From the IMG/VR virus record IMGVR_UViG_3300042894_005760: DNA of 20,000 nucleotides; one strand, written 5' to 3'. This stretch comes from an uncultured virus (IMG/VR IMGVR_UViG_3300042894_005760). Taxonomy: Duplodnaviria > Heunggongvirae > Uroviricota > Caudoviricetes. A program made the translations under genes and the position numbers. The notes under the pieces are model-generated. The model did not search any database and was not told the DNA's origin. It worked only from the letters and a program-made list of their open reading frames with translations. This document shows, one piece after another, positions 15,645 through 20,000 of this stretch (position 1 is its first letter; each line of letters starts with the position of its first letter).

Positions 15645-18194
15645 ATGAGCATGATAAAAGTAATGAAAAGAAATGGTAAGAAAGAGCCAGTCATGTTAGA
15701 CAAAATCTTAGACAGAATAACTCAACAAACTTATGGTTTAGACCAAAAGTGGATCGTTCCTTTCGAGGTTGCACAAAAGGTGATTGAAGGAATTATGCCA
15801 GATATTCAAACTTCTGTTTTAGATCAACTAGCAATGGAGACTGCAGCATCTCTTACAACAAAACACCCTGATTATTCAACATTAGCGGCAAGATTAGCAA
15901 TTACGGCATTACACAAAGAAACTAAGAAAAGTTTTTCAGAAACTGTTTCTGATTTATACAAATACGTAGATCCAAAAACTAGAAAACACTCACCGATTGT
16001 TTCTAAAACTTTCTATGATATTGTAAAAAAACACGCAGATGAATTAGACTCTGCAATTGTACACTCCAGAGATCATAACTTTGACTACTTTGGATTCAAA
16101 ACATTAGAAAAATCATATCTATTGAAACTTGACGGCAAAGTTGCCGAAAGACCTCAATATATGTATATGAGAACAGCACTACAAGTTTGTGGTGAAGACA
16201 TACAAGGTGTTATCGATACTTATAACTTACTTTCAGAAGGTTATTACACACACGCTACACCAACATTATTCAACTCTGGAACAACAAGACCTCAATTATC
16301 TTCTTGTTTCTTACTTGATACAGAATCAGATTCTATTGAAGGTATTTTCAATACTTTAAAAGAATCCGCACAGATTTCTAAAAACGCTGGTGGTATTGGT
16401 ATTTCTTTTACAAAAGTAAGAGCAAAAGGTACTTATATCGCAGGAACTAATGGTACTTCAAATGGTATCATTCCTTTCTTAAAAATCTTCAATGAAACTG
16501 CAAGAGCAGTAGACCAAGGTGGTGGGAAAAGAAAAGGTTCAATTGCAATTTATATGGAACCTTGGCACGCTGATATTATGGACTTCCTAGATTTAAGAAA
16601 AAACCAAGGTAAAGATGAAATCAGAGCTAGAGATTTATTCTTAGCTATGTGGACTAATGATTTATTCATGGAAAGAGTTGACTTAGACGAAGATTGGTAT
16701 TTAATGTGTCCACACGAATGTCCAGGTTTAACTGAAACTTACGGTCAAGAATTTAGAGATTTATACATTGGTTATGAATCAGAAGGAAGATTTAAAAGAG
16801 TAGTTAAAGCTAGAGAAGTATGGAATAAAATCTTAGAATCTCAAATTGAAACTGGAACTCCTTATATCTTATATAAAGATTCTATCAACGAGAAGTCTAA
16901 TCAATCAAACATTGGTGTAGTTAGAAGTTCTAACTTATGTGCTGAGATTGTTGAAGCAACTGGAATTACTAAAGTTCAAAAAGAAATTCTTCAAAATAAA
17001 GAATTATTAGAAAGTTTAGGATTAGGTTCATTCTATGGTGAAGAATCAGTAAATGAAACTGCAGTTTGTAACTTAGCTTCTATTGCACTTCCTAAGTTTG
17101 TAAATAAAAACAAAACTTATAACCATAACAAGTTATTTGATGTTGCTTATCAAGCTACTATAAACTTAAATAAAGTTATTGATGTAAATTATTATCCATC
17201 AGAAGCAGCTAGATTCTCAAACTTATTACATAGACCAGTTGGTTTAGGTGTTCAAGGATTAGCAGACGTATTCTTTCTATTAGGAATTACTTATGATTCT
17301 GATGAAGCAAAATCATTAAACAAAGAGATTTTTGAAACTATTTATTATGCCTCAATTAAAGCTTCTTGTGATTTAGCTAAAGTAGAAGGTGCTTATCCAA
17401 CATTTAAAGGATCTCCAATTTCAGAAGGTAAATTCCAATTTGACTTATGGGGTACAAAACCAACAAAAAGATGGGATTGGGACAAATTAAGAGAGGACAT
17501 TAAAAAGTATGGAGTTAGAAACTCTTTAACTACTTGTATTATGCCAACAGCATCAACTGCATCTATCTTAGGAAACGAAGCAAGTTGTGAAGCTCAAACT
17601 TCAAATATGTACACAAGAGGTGTTTTATCTGGTACTTTTATCATTGTAAACAAATACCTTGTAAAAGAGTTAGTTAAATTAGGTATCTGGTCTGATAACA
17701 TTAGAAGAAAGATTATTGCCGAGAATGGTTCAGTTCAAAACATACCTGAAATTCCTACTAATGTAAAAGAAATCTTTAAAACTGTTTATGAGATTAAACA
17801 AAGAGACGTAATTGATATGGCTGCAGAAAGAGGAGCATTTATTGATCAAACTCAATCAATGAACATCTTTATGGATTCTCCAAACTTCGCAAAATTGACA
17901 GCAATGCACTTTTACGGATGGGGAAGAAGAGCTCTTATGAAAGATGAAAATGGTGTTGAAATTATCCCACAAGGAGAAAACACAGAAGTAATCTATGATA
18001 AATCAGGGAAACCAAGATTTTACAGAGAGAAGAAATCCGCTTTAAAAACTGGTATTTACTATCTAAGAAATAAAGCAGCAGGTGATGCAGTTAAATTCAC
18101 AACTCAAGAAGAAGTGAAATCTGCTGAAGACCAAATGGCAGAAATAGCATGCTCCTTGGATTCACCGGATGATTGCATTGCATGTGGCTCGTAA
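15645..18194 (+). CDS. nrdA: Class Ia ribonucleotide reductase alpha subunit with ATP cone
   Basis: ATP cone VMKRNGKKE, HATPTLFNSGT..QLSSCFL, GGKRKGS, catalytic SNLCAEI, VCNLAS, MPTASTA, LKTGIYYLR and C-terminal CIACGS. Confidence 0.97.
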   Translation: MSMIKVMKRNGKKEPVMLDKILDRITQQTYGLDQKWIVPFEVAQKVIEGIMPDIQTSVLDQLAMETAASLTTKHPDYSTLAARLAITALHKETKKSFSETVSDLYKYVDPKTRKHSPIVSKTFYDIVKKHADELDSAIVHSRDHNFDYFGFKTLEKSYLLKLDGKVAERPQYMYMRTALQVCGEDIQGVIDTYNLLSEGYYTHATPTLFNSGTTRPQLSSCFLLDTESDSIEGIFNTLKESAQISKNAGGIGISFTKVRAKGTYIAGTNGTSNGIIPFLKIFNETARAVDQGGGKRKGSIAIYMEPWHADIMDFLDLRKNQGKDEIRARDLFLAMWTNDLFMERVDLDEDWYLMCPHECPGLTETYGQEFRDLYIGYESEGRFKRVVKAREVWNKILESQIETGTPYILYKDSINEKSNQSNIGVVRSSNLCAEIVEATGITKVQKEILQNKELLESLGLGSFYGEESVNETAVCNLASIALPKFVNKNKTYNHNKLFDVAYQATINLNKVIDVNYYPSEAARFSNLLHRPVGLGVQGLADVFFLLGITYDSDEAKSLNKEIFETIYYASIKASCDLAKVEGAYPTFKGSPISEGKFQFDLWGTKPTKRWDWDKLREDIKKYGVRNSLTTCIMPTASTASILGNEASCEAQTSNMYTRGVLSGTFIIVNKYLVKELVKLGIWSDNIRRKIIAENGSVQNIPEIPTNVKEIFKTVYEIKQRDVIDMAAERGAFIDQTQSMNIFMDSPNFAKLTAMHFYGWGRRALMKDENGVEIIPQGENTEVIYDKSGKPRFYREKKSALKTGIYYLRNKAAGDAVKFTTQEEVKSAEDQMAEIACSLDSPDDCIACGS

Positions 18195-18226
18195 TCCCTG
18201 ATAATTGTTTAGTATGTGGTTCATAA
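18165..18226 (+). repeat. Diverged tandem 30-nt duplication of the nrdA 3' end
   Basis: 18165-18194 CCGGATGATTGCATTGCATGTGGCTCGTAA (PDDCIACGS*) versus 18197-18226 CCTGATAATTGTTTAGTATGTGGTTCATAA (PDNCLVCGS*), 22/30 nt identical. Confidence 0.85.
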
Positions 18227-18230
18227 AAAT

Positions 18231-18256
18231 AAAATCCTCTTTTTAAGAGGATTTTT
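18231..18256 (+). terminator. Intrinsic terminator after nrdA
   Basis: AAAATCCTCTT-TTT-AAGAGGATTTTT. Confidence 0.75.
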
Positions 18257-18332
18257 ACTATAAAAAATCCACCTTGGAAAAAAGCGAAATTTTCAAGGTT
18301 ACTATATACATAAAATAAATTAAAAGAAATTA

Positions 18333-18358
18333 AAACTTTTTCTAATTTATAAATACAA
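18333..18358 (+). promoter_or_regulatory. Putative promoter of the ncRNA pair (AAAC-N16-ATACAA, overlapping TATAAATA)
   Basis: One-mismatch version of the middle-type motif, ending 6 nt before the first paired base of ncRNA 1. Confidence 0.5.
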
Positions 18359-18364
18359 TAATAC

Positions 18365-18435
18365 AATCAGTAGCAAATCTAACAGATACATCGAAATGGT
18401 ATTCAACAAAACTCTGTGGATAAATTACTCTGGTT
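18365..18435 (+). ncRNA. Putative Y RNA-like ncRNA 1 (71 nt)
   Basis: AATCAG(18365-70) pairs with CTGGTT(18430-35), followed by a bulged T, AG/CT, an internal loop and the ATCT-A-ACAGA/TCTGTGGAT helix. Lies upstream of Ro60 and shares its scaffold with ncRNA 2. Confidence 0.7.
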
Positions 18436-18451
18436 TTATTTATAAAAAAAC

Positions 18452-18677
18452 GCAAACATAGCAAAGTTCTAAGATACTTCGTATATTATACAACTATCAG
18501 AAAGAACGTATAGAGACGACTACTCTATGCTACCATGTAAGGGCATTAGCGCTTGCCTCTGGTCGAAAAGTCAGGAATTCATAAGTTTCCTTTAAAAATA
18601 TGAGTGAGATGTTGCTTTAAATATCGGCAAAGTTAAGTAGAATTCTTTGCGTCGCTTAGGCTAATATTCTTGTTTGC
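18452..18677 (+). ncRNA. Putative Y RNA-like ncRNA 2 (226 nt) with a multi-hairpin internal domain
   Basis: GCAAACA(18452-58) pairs with TGTTTGC(18671-77), followed by a bulged T, AG/CT and the AG-T-TCTAAG/CTTAGGCT helix. Five internal hairpins, GC-richer than its flanks, no long ORF, followed by a terminator. Confidence 0.72.
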
Positions 18678-18688
18678 TAAATTATAAT

Positions 18689-18728
18689 AAGACCAGATTT
18701 ACAGAAATGTAATTCTGGTCTTTTTTTT
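18689..18728 (+). terminator. Strong intrinsic terminator closing the ncRNA unit
   Basis: AAGACCAGATTTACA-GAAA-TGTAATTCTGGTC followed by T8. Confidence 0.9.
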
Positions 18729-18736
18729 ACAAAAAT

Positions 18737-18898
18737 ATGGAAATAGAAATAAAAACAAAATCTCTAAGTGAGATAGTAAAAAAATGTGAATCTCTAGGAT
18801 GGGATTTAAACAAAGTAAAAATAGAAACAAAGATATTCGAGGATTTATCTAATCCAGATGACTACTTTGTAAAAATGTATTTAAAAAATAAAAAATAA
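18737..18898 (+). CDS. Small hypothetical protein (53 aa, MEIEIKTKSLSEIVKKCESLGWDLNKVK...)
   Basis: Hand-translated ORF below the track cutoff, with an A-rich leader. Its stop lies 4 nt before the Ro60 start. Confidence 0.6.
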   Translation: MEIEIKTKSLSEIVKKCESLGWDLNKVKIETKIFEDLSNPDDYFVKMYLKNKK

Positions 18899-18902
18899 AA
18901 TT

Positions 18903-20000
18903 ATGTCAAAATTTAACACAACCGTAAAAGAACCAAAAACAAAAACTATAAACCTAGCAGGTGGTGAAGCTTATTCTCAAACAAATGAATTAGCTTTAGT
19001 ATCTATGTTACTAACTTCATTTGTGAATGATCAGTTCTACAAGTCTGGTAATGATACATTAAAAGATTTAAGAAGTTTGATTAAGAAAGTAGATCCTGAG
19101 TTTGCTGCGAAAGCTGCTATTTATGCCCGTGATAAATTTGGTATGAGAAGTATTACTCACGCTTTAGCTGGTGAATTGACATCAGAATTAAAAGGTAGTG
19201 AATTAGGTAAAAACTTCTATGACAAAGTTGTAGTTCGTGTTGATGATATGACTGAGATTATGTCATACTACTTAATGCACAAAACAAGTAAAGACAATCC
19301 AAAGTTCCCAAACTCTTTGAAAAAAGGATTTGCAAAAGCGTTTGATAAGTTTGATGCTTATCAATTAGCAAAATACTCTGGTAAAAACAAAGACCTTAAA
19401 TTAGTTGACTTGGTGAACATTGTACATCCAGTTCCAACTGATAGAAACAAAACTGCCTTAGAATTACTTGTTAAAGGTGATTTGAAAAACACTGAAACTT
19501 GGGAAGCTAAACTTTCTCAAGCAGGTCAAGTAGCGGAAAGTGAAGAAGATTTAACTCAATTAAAAGCTGATGCTTGGACTGATTTAATCACTTCAAGAAA
19601 AATTGGTTACTTTGCACTTCTTAGAAACCTAAGAAACATCTTAAATCAAGCTCCTAATGCAGTTCCTGCTGCTTGTGAATTGTTAGTAGATGAAAAGATG
19701 ATTAGTAAATCAAGAGTTTTACCTTTTAGATTTGCAACTGCTTATGAAGAAATCAGTAAAATGGGTTCTTCAAAAGAAGTTAGAGAAGTATTAGTTGCAA
19801 TAAACCAAGCTTTAGAAGTTTCAATGTGTAATGTTCCTAAGTTTGATGGTGATACATTAGTTGTTATGGACGTTTCTGGATCAATGAGTGGAAGACCATC
19901 TGAGATTGCATCATTATTTGGTGCGATTTTAGCAAAAGCTAACAATGCAGATGTTTTAACATTCGCAAATAGATCTGATTATAAGTCATACAATCCAATG
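18903..20000 (+). CDS. Ro60/TROVE-domain RNA-binding protein with vWA domain (3'-truncated by the window edge)
   Basis: Hand translation gives MSKFN...NLAGGEAY, AKAAIYARDKFGMRS, VRVDDMTE, LKKGFAKAFDKFDAYQLAKY, LVDLVNIVHP, TWEAKLS, GYFALLRNLRNI, SRVLPFRF and the vWA MIDAS motif VVMDVSGSM. Confidence 0.93.
   Translation, partial: MSKFNTTVKEPKTKTINLAGGEAYSQTNELALVSMLLTSFVNDQFYKSGNDTLKDLRSLIKKVDPEFAAKAAIYARDKFGMRSITHALAGELTSELKGSELGKNFYDKVVVRVDDMTEIMSYYLMHKTSKDNPKFPNSLKKGFAKAFDKFDAYQLAKYSGKNKDLKLVDLVNIVHPVPTDRNKTALELLVKGDLKNTETWEAKLSQAGQVAESEEDLTQLKADAWTDLITSRKIGYFALLRNLRNILNQAPNAVPAACELLVDEKMISKSRVLPFRFATAYEEISKMGSSKEVREVLVAINQALEVSMCNVPKFDGDTLVVMDVSGSMSGRPSEIASLFGAILAKANNADVLTFANRSDYKSYNPM

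Noticed and set aside
16956..18041. Inteins in NrdA
   Set aside because: The insertions are only ~30-40 aa and lack a Cys/Ser start and His-Asn end.
18561..18570. GGTCGAAAAG as the bacterial Y RNA GNCGAA(N)G motif
   Set aside because: The spacing is imperfect, it lies in the internal domain rather than the terminal stem, and it has no positional counterpart in ncRNA 1.
18360..18730. tRNA, tmRNA or CRISPR array in the non-coding gap
   Set aside because: No cloverleaf, GTTCRA T-loop or CCA end is visible. Only two diverged units with very different inserts exist, not repeat-spacer periodicity.
5362..19945. Short ORFs 5362-5649, 5977-6192, 8807-8989, 9443-9625, 9808-10029, 10853-11035, 12909-13112, 14533-14745, 18097-18366 and 19742-19945
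   Set aside because: They overlap real genes in another frame or strand. 19742-19945 is antisense to the Ro60 gene.
1..20000. Alternative genetic code (stop codon reassignment)
   Set aside because: Conserved genes are full length and tightly packed under the standard bacterial code.

Overview
This is an AT-rich, densely coding segment of a large tailed (T4-like/jumbo) bacteriophage. The host is probably Bacteroidota, judging from TAnnTTTG boxes and A-rich leaders without Shine-Dalgarno sequences. Genes include a metallophosphoesterase, a free-standing LAGLIDADG endonuclease, two muramidases (GH108, GH19), the N-terminal half of a split family-B DNA polymerase, a DinG-like helicase, a DnaB/gp41-like helicase, class Ia NrdA and, missing from the supplied ORF track, a Ro60/TROVE gene from 18903 running off the window. 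The main discovery is two tandem structured ncRNAs just upstream of Ro60 (71 nt and 226 nt). They share a covarying bulged terminal-helix scaffold but enclose different internal domains, have their own candidate promoter and terminator, and look like non-canonical Y RNAs. Other observations are an out-of-frame second copy of the NrdA CxxCGS tail, three promoter-like motif classes, a T4-like N-terminal capsid-targeting motif family and a shared C-terminal RxxK(I/L)xxLL motif. All calls are by eye from motifs; no searches or folding programs were run.
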